Origin: Candidatus Magasanikiibacteriota bacterium
GTDB lineage: Bacteria > Patescibacteriota > Patescibacteriia > Magasanikbacterales > UBA922
Direction of reading: 5' to 3'
Length of the DNA: 60,936 bases
NCBI GenBank assembly: GCA_016207245.1
Contig: JACQQA010000007.1
Span: 1 to 60,936, forward strand
In this document: positions 26,539 through 35,419 of the stretch, piece by piece
Numbering within the stretch: position 1 is the first letter of the stretch
Layout of the letters: the number at the start of each line of letters is the position of its first letter
Translations under genes and position numbers: made by a program
Notes under the pieces: generated by a model
The model's database searches: none
The model's input: the letters and a program-made list of their open reading frames with translations, nothing else
What the model was told of the DNA's origin: nothing

Positions 26539-27816
26539 CTACGCGGCAAGAGGATTCTCAATGATCAGAGAGATTCCCTGGCCGCCGCCGATGCACATGG
26601 TTATGAGCGCGTATCGCTTGCCAGTGCGGCGGAGGCCGTAGGCTGCGGTGAGAGTGAGGATTGCGCCGGTGGCGCCGAGCGGGTGGCCCAGAGCGATTGC
26701 TCCGCCGTATGGGTTGACTTTTTCAGGGTCAATACCCATTTCGGTGAAGCCTTTGATGCAGGCCAGAGCCTGCGGAGCAAAGGCCTCGTTGAGCTCCACC
26801 CAGTCAATCTGGTCGCCGGTCAGGCCGGCGCGTCCCAGCGCTTGCTTGGTGGCCGGCACCGGCCCCCAGCCCATGATCTTGGGGTCGCAGGCGCCGTAGC
26901 CCCAGGCCACGATGCGCGCCAGCGGTTGAAGGTTATGTTCTGTAGCGGTGAACTGCTGGCAGAGTACCATGGCCGCCGCGCCATCCACCACGCCGGAAGC
27001 ATTGCCGGCAGTGATCATTCCGCCGGGTTCGAATGTTGGTCGGAGACCGGCCAGCCCGTCATACGAGGCATCGTCCCGGATGTGGGTGTCGCGGCAGACG
27101 TCCATTGGGCTCACTCCGCCGTTCACCGGCACCGACACCGGTACGGTTTCCTCGTCGAAGTAGCCGGTGTCGCGCGCCGCCTTGGCCCGTTCGTTGGACT
27201 GCAAGGCGAAGCGATCACACTCTTCGCGCGTGATGCCGTTCTGCCGACCTAAGAGTTCGGCCGTATTCGCCATGGCCATGCCAGCCACGGGATCAAAGAG
27301 CGAGAGCAGCATCATGTCCTGCAGGGCAGCGCCAGGCGGGAGACTGGTCAGCGGCCCGTACTTGACGTGTCGTCCGCGCAGACCGTGCGCGACGTGCGGG
27401 TATTGCATTGACTGCATTCCCACGACAGCTACGAACGGCCCGTTGAGATCTCCTAGCAGGAGTTTCATGGTACCTTGAACGATCGCTTCAGCGCCAGACC
27501 CGCACAGCCGTTGAACCGTGAGCGCGGGGACGTCTTCGGGCAGACCGGCAAGGAGTCCGACATGGCGAGCGCCATACCACGATTCCCGATGCGAGTCGCC
27601 GACAGTGCCGGCAATCACGTGGCCGAACTTGTCAAGCAGGTTGGCCAGAGGCGTGATGACGGCTTTGAGAGCCATTGCTCCCAACTGGTTGGTTGTGAAG
27701 CCCGAGAACAGACCGGGCGAACGGTTCTCGTGCAGAATGTCAGCCCGTGGCGTTCGTTTGCCACCGTCAATGATGACCACAGGATCTTCGGCAAGAATCC
27801 TTTCGAAGTGTTTCAT
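26539..27816 (-). CDS. Acetyl-CoA acetyltransferase (thiolase)
   Basis: Active-site VQRLCGSGAEAI and the C-terminal NPYGGAIALGHPLGATGA...MCIGGGQGISLIIE. SD TAGGAGGA lies 7 nt upstream. Confidence 0.9.
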   Translation of the reverse strand: MKHFERILAEDPVVIIDGGKRTPRADILHENRSPGLFSGFTTNQLGAMALKAVITPLANLLDKFGHVIAGTVGDSHRESWYGARHVGLLAGLPEDVPALTVQRLCGSGAEAIVQGTMKLLLGDLNGPFVAVVGMQSMQYPHVAHGLRGRHVKYGPLTSLPPGAALQDMMLLSLFDPVAGMAMANTAELLGRQNGITREECDRFALQSNERAKAARDTGYFDEETVPVSVPVNGGVSPMDVCRDTHIRDDASYDGLAGLRPTFEPGGMITAGNASGVVDGAAAMVLCQQFTATEHNLQPLARIVAWGYGACDPKIMGWGPVPATKQALGRAGLTGDQIDWVELNEAFAPQALACIKGFTEMGIDPEKVNPYGGAIALGHPLGATGAILTLTAAYGLRRTGKRYALITMCIGGGQGISLIIENPLAA

Positions 27817-27828
27817 GTTGTCATCCTC

Positions 27829-29775
27829 CTACGAGTTCATGAACACGGCCGGAACCTTGGGGCCGTTGGCCATGAAGTTTGTGAGTCCGATTCGCATGTC
27901 CTGTGTCCCGAAGCAGTGGCCGAAGCCGTCCGCTTCCAGTTTGAGTCCTTCCGCGAGTGGCAGAGCGAGCCCTCTGCGGACCACGTCCACCAGGATGGCG
28001 TCGATCGCCTGCGAATGATGGCCGATGTCAACGATGGGCGTGCCGTCCGACACCCCCATCGGGTTGGGGTTGGTAGCGTGGATTTCCGGATCGGGGTCCT
28101 TCAGATGCGCCGCGATGAATCGCTTGGCGCTATCCATAGGGTCGCCCGAACCGAGGTCCCTCGCCCAGCCGATTTCTTTTGCCACGCCGGCATTGATTGT
28201 CTTGCCGGTGCGGAGGAGCTCCAGCGCTTTCGCGAATCCGACGAGGCGCGGGAGCCGTTGCGTGCCGCCGTAGCCAGGGATGATACCGAGATTGACCTCG
28301 GGTTGGCCGATGATGGCGTTCTTGCCGACCACGCGGTCGTGGCAAGCCATCACGAGTTCGCATCCGCCGCCGAGGCAGGGACCGTTCACCACTGCGATGA
28401 CCGGCTTGCCGAGGCTTTCGATGTAGTTGAATATGCCCTGTCCGCTGATCGCCATGACCGTGCCCTGTTTCGGGTCTGTCAGCGCGGCTAGTTCGTTGAT
28501 ATCTGCGCCGGCGATGGCGCCGTTGTAGCCGGTCAGGATGATGCCTCTGACCTTCTCGTCCGTCTCGAGTCCGCGGAATGCGTAGTCAAGCTCCACCATG
28601 GTCAGGCGGTTGAGCGCGTTCATAGCTTCGGGACGAAAAATTGTGACAACCACGATGCCATCATCGTTGATCTCCACCTTGACGTTGGAGAAGAAGTCTA
28701 TCGACATGGCCTCCACGATGCTTTCCGGCACAGTGAAGCCCGGGTTCTCCTGCGCGTAGATTGCGCAGATTGTTCTGATCTCGTTCGGGTCCTGGTTGAA
28801 CTGCGCCACGAGTCCGAACTTGAACCCGAGCGCGTTCTTGCAGAGCCAGTCCAAATCAGTCGCCGAGATCACGTTGTTATCCACGAGCCAGACTGCCCGT
28901 CCGATGATTGCGGCCATGAGTTGATCGTGGATTGTTCGTTCGGTTTCTTCATTGCAGGACTTGTCACCCGACAAATCCCACGGTTGCGAGCCCTGTTGGA
29001 GAAGAACCGGCGGTGCTGTCCAGTAGTCGCCGTATTTCTCCCGCATCATGTCGGCGCAGAATCTGATGATCTTGTTGCCGGCAGTGATGTTGAGCACGTT
29101 GAAAGCGCCACTGCCGCCGATGTACTTGTCGGCGATAGCGTTCACTTGGGCCACAGTCGCGACCCCGCGCTCAACCAGCCACGCGCAGGCCAGACAATAG
29201 ATCGTGAAGATCTGGTCTGCCGCGAAGCAGGGAACATCGGCCGTTGCGATCGGCACCTTGCCGAGCGCCACAGTCAGATCGTACGCCCTTTGCCAGTTCA
29301 CATGGTGGCCGACGAGCTCTACCGGCAGAGAGCGCCAGGCCGGAGTGAAGGGATGCCAGACGAAGAATCGTTGATGGCGCAGTACTTTCTTCGTAAGCAC
29401 AGCCCACGGAATGCTGGACGTGGTCGTGAGGATCAGGCAGTCATCCCGCACTATCTTTTCAAGTTGCGCGTAGATGCTCTGCTTGACTTCCACGTTCTCG
29501 CTTGCGGCCTCAAAGACCGCGTCGCATTGGGACAGGTCGGACAGGTTGAGGGTTGTTGTGATGGCCGCGAGCGCCTTGGCGGCGGCTCCTTCCGAAAGCT
29601 TGCCTTTCTTCACGGCTTTCGTGACATAGCCGCGGATACGGCCCATTGCCGCACCCAGTTGCTCTTGGCCGACATCGACCAGCAGCACTTTCCCGCCTGT
29701 TTTCGCGGCTAATCCAGTCGCGACATAGGCGATGTCAGCGCCGATGACTCCGGCGCCGACAATTCCGATATTCAA
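27829..29775 (-). CDS. Bifunctional 3-hydroxyacyl-CoA dehydrogenase (N-terminal) / enoyl-CoA hydratase (C-terminal)
   Basis: N-terminal Rossmann IGIVGAGVIGADIA. The C-terminal crotonase fold reads VVTIFRPEAMNALN...GADINE...VNGPCLGGGCEL. Apparent TTG start with AAGGAAGGTG upstream. Confidence 0.85.
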   Translation of the reverse strand: MNIGIVGAGVIGADIAYVATGLAAKTGGKVLLVDVGQEQLGAAMGRIRGYVTKAVKKGKLSEGAAAKALAAITTTLNLSDLSQCDAVFEAASENVEVKQSIYAQLEKIVRDDCLILTTTSSIPWAVLTKKVLRHQRFFVWHPFTPAWRSLPVELVGHHVNWQRAYDLTVALGKVPIATADVPCFAADQIFTIYCLACAWLVERGVATVAQVNAIADKYIGGSGAFNVLNITAGNKIIRFCADMMREKYGDYWTAPPVLLQQGSQPWDLSGDKSCNEETERTIHDQLMAAIIGRAVWLVDNNVISATDLDWLCKNALGFKFGLVAQFNQDPNEIRTICAIYAQENPGFTVPESIVEAMSIDFFSNVKVEINDDGIVVVTIFRPEAMNALNRLTMVELDYAFRGLETDEKVRGIILTGYNGAIAGADINELAALTDPKQGTVMAISGQGIFNYIESLGKPVIAVVNGPCLGGGCELVMACHDRVVGKNAIIGQPEVNLGIIPGYGGTQRLPRLVGFAKALELLRTGKTINAGVAKEIGWARDLGSGDPMDSAKRFIAAHLKDPDPEIHATNPNPMGVSDGTPIVDIGHHSQAIDAILVDVVRRGLALPLAEGLKLEADGFGHCFGTQDMRIGLTNFMANGPKVPAVFMNS

Positions 29776-29937
29776 TTGTCACCTTCCTTTTCTGTTGCTG
29801 TTTAGTAACCTCTTTGCCCTTTTTACTCCTTTCTGTTATTGGGCAAAATTAGGTTAACAAAAAAATCGTTTCGCGTCAAGATGAATACATTGACTTTTTT
29901 TTTCTTTTCAATTATACTTTAATCACTTTTCGCAATT

Positions 29938-30085
29938 GTCATCCCGAGCGACCCCGCCATAGCGGGGGAGCCGAGGGATCCCTTTCCAACGCACAGAAAG
30001 ACGCATCAGAATAGATTTTATTTAAAATGGATTAGCAGGCAAAGAAAAGGGATTCCTCACCGCCTCATCGGCGGTTCGGAATGAC
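29938..30085. repeat. Family-B palindromic element just upstream of infB
   Basis: gtcatcccgagcgaccccgccatagcgggggagccgagggatccc ... gggattcctcaccgcctcatcggcggttcggaatgac with an AT-rich interior. Confidence 0.75.
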
Positions 30086-30099
30086 AGACGACCCAACCT

Positions 30100-32133
30100 A
30101 TGAACGTCTCTGAACTCGCTCGCCAATTAAGAACCAACACCAAAGAACTGCTGGAAATTCTCCCGCAGTATGGTTTTGATATTGGCCAACGGGCGATTAA
30201 GATTGATAACAAAGTCGCGGATCAAATTTCTCGGCGCTGGCGGTTTATTAAAAAAGATTTGGAAGAAAAAAAACGGAAAGCTGAAGAAGAAAAAAAGCAG
30301 AAAGAAAAAGAATTACGCAAAGAAAGCGGACACAGCGTGGTTTTACCGCAACTCATAACTGTGCGGAATTTTGCCGAGCGCTTGAATCTTCCGATTACGC
30401 AAGTGATTACCGAGCTGATGAAAAACGGCATTCTTGCCAACCAAAATCAAAACATTGATTATGATACCGCCTCAATTATTGCCGGAGAGCTCGGTTTTAC
30501 CGTGCTAAAAGAAGAAGGCGGAGTCAAAGTTGATATTCAAAAAGAAGAACAACGCGGTCAGGTTTTGGAGCAAGCGCTAGCCAAAGCGGAACATTCTTTG
30601 CCCCGCGCGCCGGTGATTGTGGTGATGGGACACGTTGACCACGGCAAAACCAGATTGTTAGATACTATCAGAAAAACGAATATTTTAGATACTGAATCCG
30701 GCGGCATCACCCAGCACATCGGCGCTTATCAGACAATTTGGAAAGATCCGAAAAGCGGTGAGGAGCGCAAACTGACTTTTATTGATACTCCGGGTCACGA
30801 AGCGTTCACTGTTATGCGTAGCCGCGGCGCGAAAGTCGCTGACATCGCGATTTTAATTGTGGCGGCGGATGATGGCGTCAAACCTCAGACCGAGGAAGTT
30901 ATTAATATTATAAAAGCCGCGAAGTTGCCGATAGTAGTTGCCATCAACAAGATTGATAAGGATGGCGCTGATCCGCAGAGAGTGCGCGCGGAATTATCAC
31001 AGAGGGGCATTCAAAGCGATGAGTGGGGAGGCAGTGTGCCAATGGTGGAAATTTCCGCGAAACAAAATTTAAATATTGATAAGCTGTTGGATATTTTATT
31101 GTTGGTGGCTGATATGGAGCAGGAAAAAATTAAAGCTGACGCGAGTTTGCCTGCCGCGGGAACGATTATTGAATCCCATGTTGATAAGGGTATGGGGCCT
31201 GTGGCCACGGTATTGGTGCAGTCCGGCACTTTGAAATTAAATGATCCGTTGGTGGTTAATGGTGAGATTTACGGCAAGGTGCGGGCGATGAAAGACTATT
31301 TGGCTCGTACTTTGGAAGACGCTCCGCCATCAACGCCGGTGCAAATTGTCGGTTTTAAAGTCGCGCCGGAAGTCGGTGATATTTTAGATGTCAGCCAAGC
31401 CGGCCAAGCGGAAAAAATTAATGTCAAAGAGAAAAAATTGCGCCAAACCGGAGCCGAGCGTCAGATAGTTGTCGCTGGTAATGAAGATATTGAAGAAGAT
31501 AAAAAGAAAAAGATTTTGAATTTAGTTATTAAGGCTGATGTGTTGGGTTCATTGGAAGCGATTATCGGCACTTTGGAAAAATTTAAACACGAAGAAGTCG
31601 GCGTGGCGGTTGTTGGCAAGGGTTTAGGTTTTGTTACCGAGGATGACGTGAATAAAGCGGAAGCCGCCAAAGCCGTGGTGGTTGGGTTTCATGTTAATCC
31701 GACCTCCAGCGCGGAAAATTTGATGATGGAAAAAGAAGTTACTTTTACTCGTTATGATGTGATCTATGATTTGTTTAATTGGGTTAAGGCTGAATTGGAG
31801 AAAATGCTATCATCGGAAAAAATCGCAACCGAGATTGGCAAAGTTAAAGTTTTGGCGATATTCCGCACTGACCGTGGCATGATGACTGTCGGCGGCCGGG
31901 TAATGGATGGAAAAGTTAAATTAAATACTTTAGCCCGCGTTATTCGCGAAGGCGTGAATATGGGCAATGGCAAAATTGTCCAGTGCAAAGTCGGCCCGCA
32001 GGATGTGAAAGAGGCGTCCGAAGGCACTGAATGCGGCATGCGGTTTGAAGGCAAAGTTAAAATTGAAATTGGCGATAGTTTGGAAATTTATACAGAAGAA
32101 ACAAAAGCAAGAAAAATAGTTTTTGAAAAATAA
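30100..32133 (+). CDS. infB: Translation initiation factor IF-2
   Basis: GHVDHGKTRLLD, DTPGHEAF and NKIDK GTPase motifs, with a lysine-rich N-terminal region. Confidence 0.95.
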   Translation: MNVSELARQLRTNTKELLEILPQYGFDIGQRAIKIDNKVADQISRRWRFIKKDLEEKKRKAEEEKKQKEKELRKESGHSVVLPQLITVRNFAERLNLPITQVITELMKNGILANQNQNIDYDTASIIAGELGFTVLKEEGGVKVDIQKEEQRGQVLEQALAKAEHSLPRAPVIVVMGHVDHGKTRLLDTIRKTNILDTESGGITQHIGAYQTIWKDPKSGEERKLTFIDTPGHEAFTVMRSRGAKVADIAILIVAADDGVKPQTEEVINIIKAAKLPIVVAINKIDKDGADPQRVRAELSQRGIQSDEWGGSVPMVEISAKQNLNIDKLLDILLLVADMEQEKIKADASLPAAGTIIESHVDKGMGPVATVLVQSGTLKLNDPLVVNGEIYGKVRAMKDYLARTLEDAPPSTPVQIVGFKVAPEVGDILDVSQAGQAEKINVKEKKLRQTGAERQIVVAGNEDIEEDKKKKILNLVIKADVLGSLEAIIGTLEKFKHEEVGVAVVGKGLGFVTEDDVNKAEAAKAVVVGFHVNPTSSAENLMMEKEVTFTRYDVIYDLFNWVKAELEKMLSSEKIATEIGKVKVLAIFRTDRGMMTVGGRVMDGKVKLNTLARVIREGVNMGNGKIVQCKVGPQDVKEASEGTECGMRFEGKVKIEIGDSLEIYTEETKARKIVFEK

Positions 32134-32158
32134 TTAAATTTTTTTTAATCTTAATCTT

Positions 32159-32485
32159 ATGTCTGAAATCAGTTTCACCGACGCGAATTTTGACGCGGAG
32201 GTTCTTAAATCAAGAGTTCCTGTTTTGGTGGATTTTTGGGCGCCATGGTGCGGGCCATGTCAAATGATGGGTCCGATTGTGGAAGAATTGGCAAAAGAAT
32301 TTGACTCTGCCAAAGCGAAAATCGGCAAAGTTAATGTTGACGAAAATCAAGTTACCGCCGGTAAATATAAAGTTTTAAGCATTCCGACTTTTTTTGTTTT
32401 TAAAAACGGCGAGGTGGTTGACCAGATGGTCGGCGGAGTTTCTAAAGAAAAATTAGCAGGCATGCTGAAGAAACACACAACATAA
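32159..32485 (+). CDS. trxA: Thioredoxin
   Basis: WAPWCGPC active site. Length is 108 aa. Confidence 0.95.
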   Translation: MSEISFTDANFDAEVLKSRVPVLVDFWAPWCGPCQMMGPIVEELAKEFDSAKAKIGKVNVDENQVTAGKYKVLSIPTFFVFKNGEVVDQMVGGVSKEKLAGMLKKHTT

Positions 32486-32512
32486 AGACAGAGCAACACT
32501 GAAACACTTTCT

Positions 32513-32611
32513 GTCATTGCGAGGAGTCCGCAGACGACGAAGCAATCCAGAACAATCACGGGTAACTGCGGTGGATTGCCGCGTCGCTCGTTCCTCGCTC
32601 CTCGCAATGAC
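32513..32611. repeat. Family-A palindromic element (intergenic)
   Basis: gtcattgcgaggagtccgcagacgacgaagcaatcc...ggattgccgcgtcgctcgttcctcgctcctcgcaatgac. Confidence 0.85.
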
Positions 32612-32638
32612 AGACAAATTTTTTTTAATCACTCATCT

Positions 32639-33622
32639 ATGTCAAAACCTCTCAAAATCGTTTCGTGGGCAGTCGGAATTTTAGTATTAATTTTCGTTGT
32701 CATCGGCGTCCTCACAGTCTGGACTTCTTATAAAGAATCAAGAGGTGTAACGACTGGCAGCGCAATGAATGAAGGCGGTCCTTCCGGTGAGAGCGCTTCT
32801 TTCGGTCTAACTTATGGCACGGCTACCGGTTTAGGCCAATCAAGCGGTGGTTTGCTCGCAAAGGTGCAAGAAAAATTTGCGGGTAGCGAGTCAGGTGAAT
32901 CCGGCGCGGCTGTTTCTGACAGCGCGCAGGACTTGAAAACCGATCGCATGATTATTAAAACCGGTTCGTTGGCAATGGTGGTTAAAGATGTAAAATCCGG
33001 CGTAGCCGCTATTACGCAATACGCGGAAAAGAACGGCGGTTTTGTGGTTTCCAGCAATGTCCGCAAACAGGGCGTGGCGCCTTATGGGGAAATAACTATC
33101 AGGATTCCATCAAAACTTTTTGATAAGGGCGTGGCGGATTTAAAAAGTATGGGTCAAGTTGAAAGCGAGCAGGTGAATGGGCAAGATATTACGGAAGAAT
33201 ATGTTGATTTGACTGCACAGCTAAAAAATCTGCGCGCGGCTGAAGAACAATTTTTAGTAATCATGAAACAGGCGACGCAGATAAATGACATTTTGTCAGT
33301 TCAGAGAGAACTGACGAATATCCGCGGACAGATAGAACGGATACAAGGTCAAATGAAATATCTTGAACAAAGCGCTAAACTTTCCACTATCAGCGCGTAT
33401 TTATCAACCGACCCGGATGTTTTGCCTGCTGTTGACCAGCAAGACAAATGGAAGCCATTGGGGCAAGTAAAATCCGCGGCCCGCAGTCTGCTGTCCGTTG
33501 GCAAGGGTTTGGCCAATCTAATCATCTGGTTAATCATCTACATCCCGCTCTGGTTAGTAATCGGCTTGGCAGTGTGGGGTTTGGTGAAAGGCGTGAGATG
33601 GGTGAGAGGGAGAAGAATTTAA
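32639..33622 (+). CDS. DUF4349-like membrane-anchored protein
   Basis: N-terminal TM, MIIKTGSLAMVVKDV, a coiled-coil, and a C-terminal TM pair. I prefer the ATG at 32639, because the track's longer start is read out of repeat 32513-32611. Confidence 0.5.
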   Translation: MSKPLKIVSWAVGILVLIFVVIGVLTVWTSYKESRGVTTGSAMNEGGPSGESASFGLTYGTATGLGQSSGGLLAKVQEKFAGSESGESGAAVSDSAQDLKTDRMIIKTGSLAMVVKDVKSGVAAITQYAEKNGGFVVSSNVRKQGVAPYGEITIRIPSKLFDKGVADLKSMGQVESEQVNGQDITEEYVDLTAQLKNLRAAEEQFLVIMKQATQINDILSVQRELTNIRGQIERIQGQMKYLEQSAKLSTISAYLSTDPDVLPAVDQQDKWKPLGQVKSAARSLLSVGKGLANLIIWLIIYIPLWLVIGLAVWGLVKGVRWVRGRRI

Positions 33623-33633
33623 AAATAAAAAAA

Positions 33634-33658
33634 CTGCTCCGATGTAACATCGGAGCAG
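33634..33658. terminator. Bidirectional intrinsic terminator
   Basis: ctgctccgatg / taa / catcggagcag, flanked by an A-run on the left and a T-run on the right. Confidence 0.7.
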
Positions 33659-33750
33659 TTTTTAATAGAAATGTTGTTGAGGACGGCGGGCAAGTGCAGA
33701 GCACTGCCCGCCGTCCTCGTTGTGGTCCCTGTCGTAGTGCTCACGCCGCG

Positions 33751-33849
33751 CTACTTGTGGGACGCCGGGCCCCTGCCGTCTTCGTCGATGTTGGCCATCT
33801 TCCGCATTTCCATCTGCTTGGACGAACGCCGGTTGTAGAGTCGGAGCAT
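33751..33849 (-). CDS. GC-rich 32-aa small ORF (MLRLYNRRSSKQMEMRKMANIDEDGRGPASHK)
   Basis: ATG preceded by TAGGAGGTG at 6 nt. Codons are GC3-rich. It sits downstream of a perfect consensus promoter and upstream of a 14-bp GC hairpin (33679-33718). It is too short for the ORF track. Confidence 0.4.
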   Translation of the reverse strand: MLRLYNRRSSKQMEMRKMANIDEDGRGPASHK

Positions 33850-33926
33850 TGGGCACCTCCTAATGTTGTGCGCTTTTGATGGCGCACTTGTGGTGAAGCA
33901 TCCGCCGTGGACGCAACATAAAATAG

Positions 33927-33955
33927 ATTATACTCACAGGAAGCAAGATTGTCAA
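33927..33955 (-). promoter_or_regulatory. Perfect consensus sigma70 promoter
   Basis: On the minus strand: TTGACA (33955-33950), 17 nt spacer, TATAAT (33932-33927). Confidence 0.65.
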
Positions 33956-34097
33956 GGTCTTGTGGATAACCCTCTATCATCTATCACTTATCTCTTATCT
34001 CAATCTATCTCCATTTATCTCTTGCCTTTTTTTCTCAAAAGAGTAAAATATCACTACTTTATACTTTACAAACTTTATAACTTTTAAACTATCGTTT

Positions 34098-35366
34098 ATG
34101 TCCAACCCCTTCGTAAACGCCATGGCCCAGCTTGATAAGGCGGCCAAAATCGTGAACCTGGATAAAAATATTCACGAGGTTTTAAAACAGCCGGAACGAG
34201 TGCTTACTGTTTCTATTCCGGTGAAAATGGACAACGGCGAAACAAAAATTTTCACCGGTTATCGTTCGCAATACAACAATGCGTTAGGCCCATACAAAGG
34301 CGGTATTCGTTATCATTGGAATGTAAGTTTGGATGAGGTCAAAGCGCTGTCTTTTTGGATGATGGTAAAATGCGCGGTGGTGAATATACCGATGGGTGGC
34401 GGGAAGGGTGGAATAATTGTTAATCCCAAAGAATTGTCAGTCGGAGAATTGGAAAGATTATCCCGCGAATATATTAGAAAAATTTGGCGCGTCATAGGTT
34501 CGGATAAAGATGTTCCGGCGCCGGATGTTTATACCACGCCGCAAATTATGGCTTGGATGCGTGATGAGTTTGAGAAATTGCTCGGTCGTCCAGACCCGGG
34601 CGTTATCACCGGCAAACCGCTGGCGCAGGGCGGGTCGGAAGGACGCGAAACCGCTACGGCCATGGGCGGGGTTTGTGTGGTTAGAGAATTGGCAAAGAAA
34701 AAAGGATTGAAGCCATCAGAAACAACGGTCGCGGTTCAAGGCGTGGGGAATGTCGGCGGTTTTATGGCAAAATTATTGCGCCAAGACGGCTACAAAATTG
34801 TCGCGTTGAGCGACTCCAAAGGCGGTGTTTATAATCAGGACGGGATTGACCCGGATAAAGCGGAAACGATTAAAAAGAACGGAGGAATGTTAGGTTGTTA
34901 TTGCCTCGGCTCGGTTTGTTCTTTGGAACAGATGCCGACCGATGGGCCGTGCCGCCATGTCAGCAATGAAGATTTGCTGGAATTACCGGTAGATATTCTG
35001 GTGCCGTCAGCGTTGGAAAATCAGATTACTAAAGAAAATGTTGACAAAATAAAAGCGAAATATATTGTTGAAATGGCTAATGGTCCGACCACGCCGGAAG
35101 CGGATGAAATTCTACACGCGCGCGGAATTCCGGTTGTACCTGATGTTCTCGCCAATGCCGGCGGAGTGACAGTCTCATGTTTTGAATGGGAACAGAATTT
35201 GAAAGGCGAGCATTGGAGCGAAGCAGATGTGTTTGTAAAATTAGAAAAAATAATGGTGAACGCGTTTAATGAAGTTTGGGACACGGCCGAGAAATATAAT
35301 GTTACTTTACGGCAAGGGGCATTTGTTAAGGCGATAGAACGAGTCGCCGGGAAGATGACAAAATAA
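34098..35366 (+). CDS. gdhA: Glutamate dehydrogenase (Glu/Leu/Phe/Val dehydrogenase family)
   Basis: KGGIRYH, NIPMGGGKGGI and the Rossmann VQGVGNVGG. Confidence 0.9.
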   Translation: MSNPFVNAMAQLDKAAKIVNLDKNIHEVLKQPERVLTVSIPVKMDNGETKIFTGYRSQYNNALGPYKGGIRYHWNVSLDEVKALSFWMMVKCAVVNIPMGGGKGGIIVNPKELSVGELERLSREYIRKIWRVIGSDKDVPAPDVYTTPQIMAWMRDEFEKLLGRPDPGVITGKPLAQGGSEGRETATAMGGVCVVRELAKKKGLKPSETTVAVQGVGNVGGFMAKLLRQDGYKIVALSDSKGGVYNQDGIDPDKAETIKKNGGMLGCYCLGSVCSLEQMPTDGPCRHVSNEDLLELPVDILVPSALENQITKENVDKIKAKYIVEMANGPTTPEADEILHARGIPVVPDVLANAGGVTVSCFEWEQNLKGEHWSEADVFVKLEKIMVNAFNEVWDTAEKYNVTLRQGAFVKAIERVAGKMTK

Positions 35367-35385
35367 AATATTAGAAAAATATTAA

Positions 35386-35419
35386 CCCCGTCCTTTGGCT
35401 ACGCTCAGGACGGGGTTTT
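35386..35419 (+). terminator. Intrinsic terminator after gdh
   Basis: ccccgtcc ... ggacgggg followed by tttt. Confidence 0.65.

Larger units (their letters stand above)
24480..29830. other. GC-rich island (putative horizontally acquired block)
   Basis: There is an abrupt shift to GC-rich sequence and GC3-rich codons across three genes. The alternative frames stay open, which is typical of high-GC DNA. The spacers and flanks are AT-rich. Confidence 0.75.

Noticed and set aside
27020-27040. A tRNA T-arm-like word, gggttcgaatg.
   Set aside because: It lies inside the thiolase coding sequence, with no acceptor, D or anticodon stems around it. I found no convincing tRNA cloverleaf anywhere in the window.
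24551-29712. Long alternative-frame ORFs in the GC-rich island (24551-25045, 26530-27252, 27475-28491, 28921-29712 and others).
   Set aside because: High-GC DNA lacks stop codons in off-frames. The translations are Arg/Gly/Pro/Ala-rich without motifs, while the overlapping OPT, thiolase and HADH/ECH frames carry clear family signatures.
33448-33980. Track ORFs 33448-33879 (+), 33662-33856 (-) and 33741-33980 (-) across the GC-rich patch.
   Set aside because: They read through the terminator hairpins, or through the promoter, or through the 3' end of the DUF4349 gene. The 32-codon frame with the SD at proper spacing (33849-33751) fits the signals better, though it too is uncertain.
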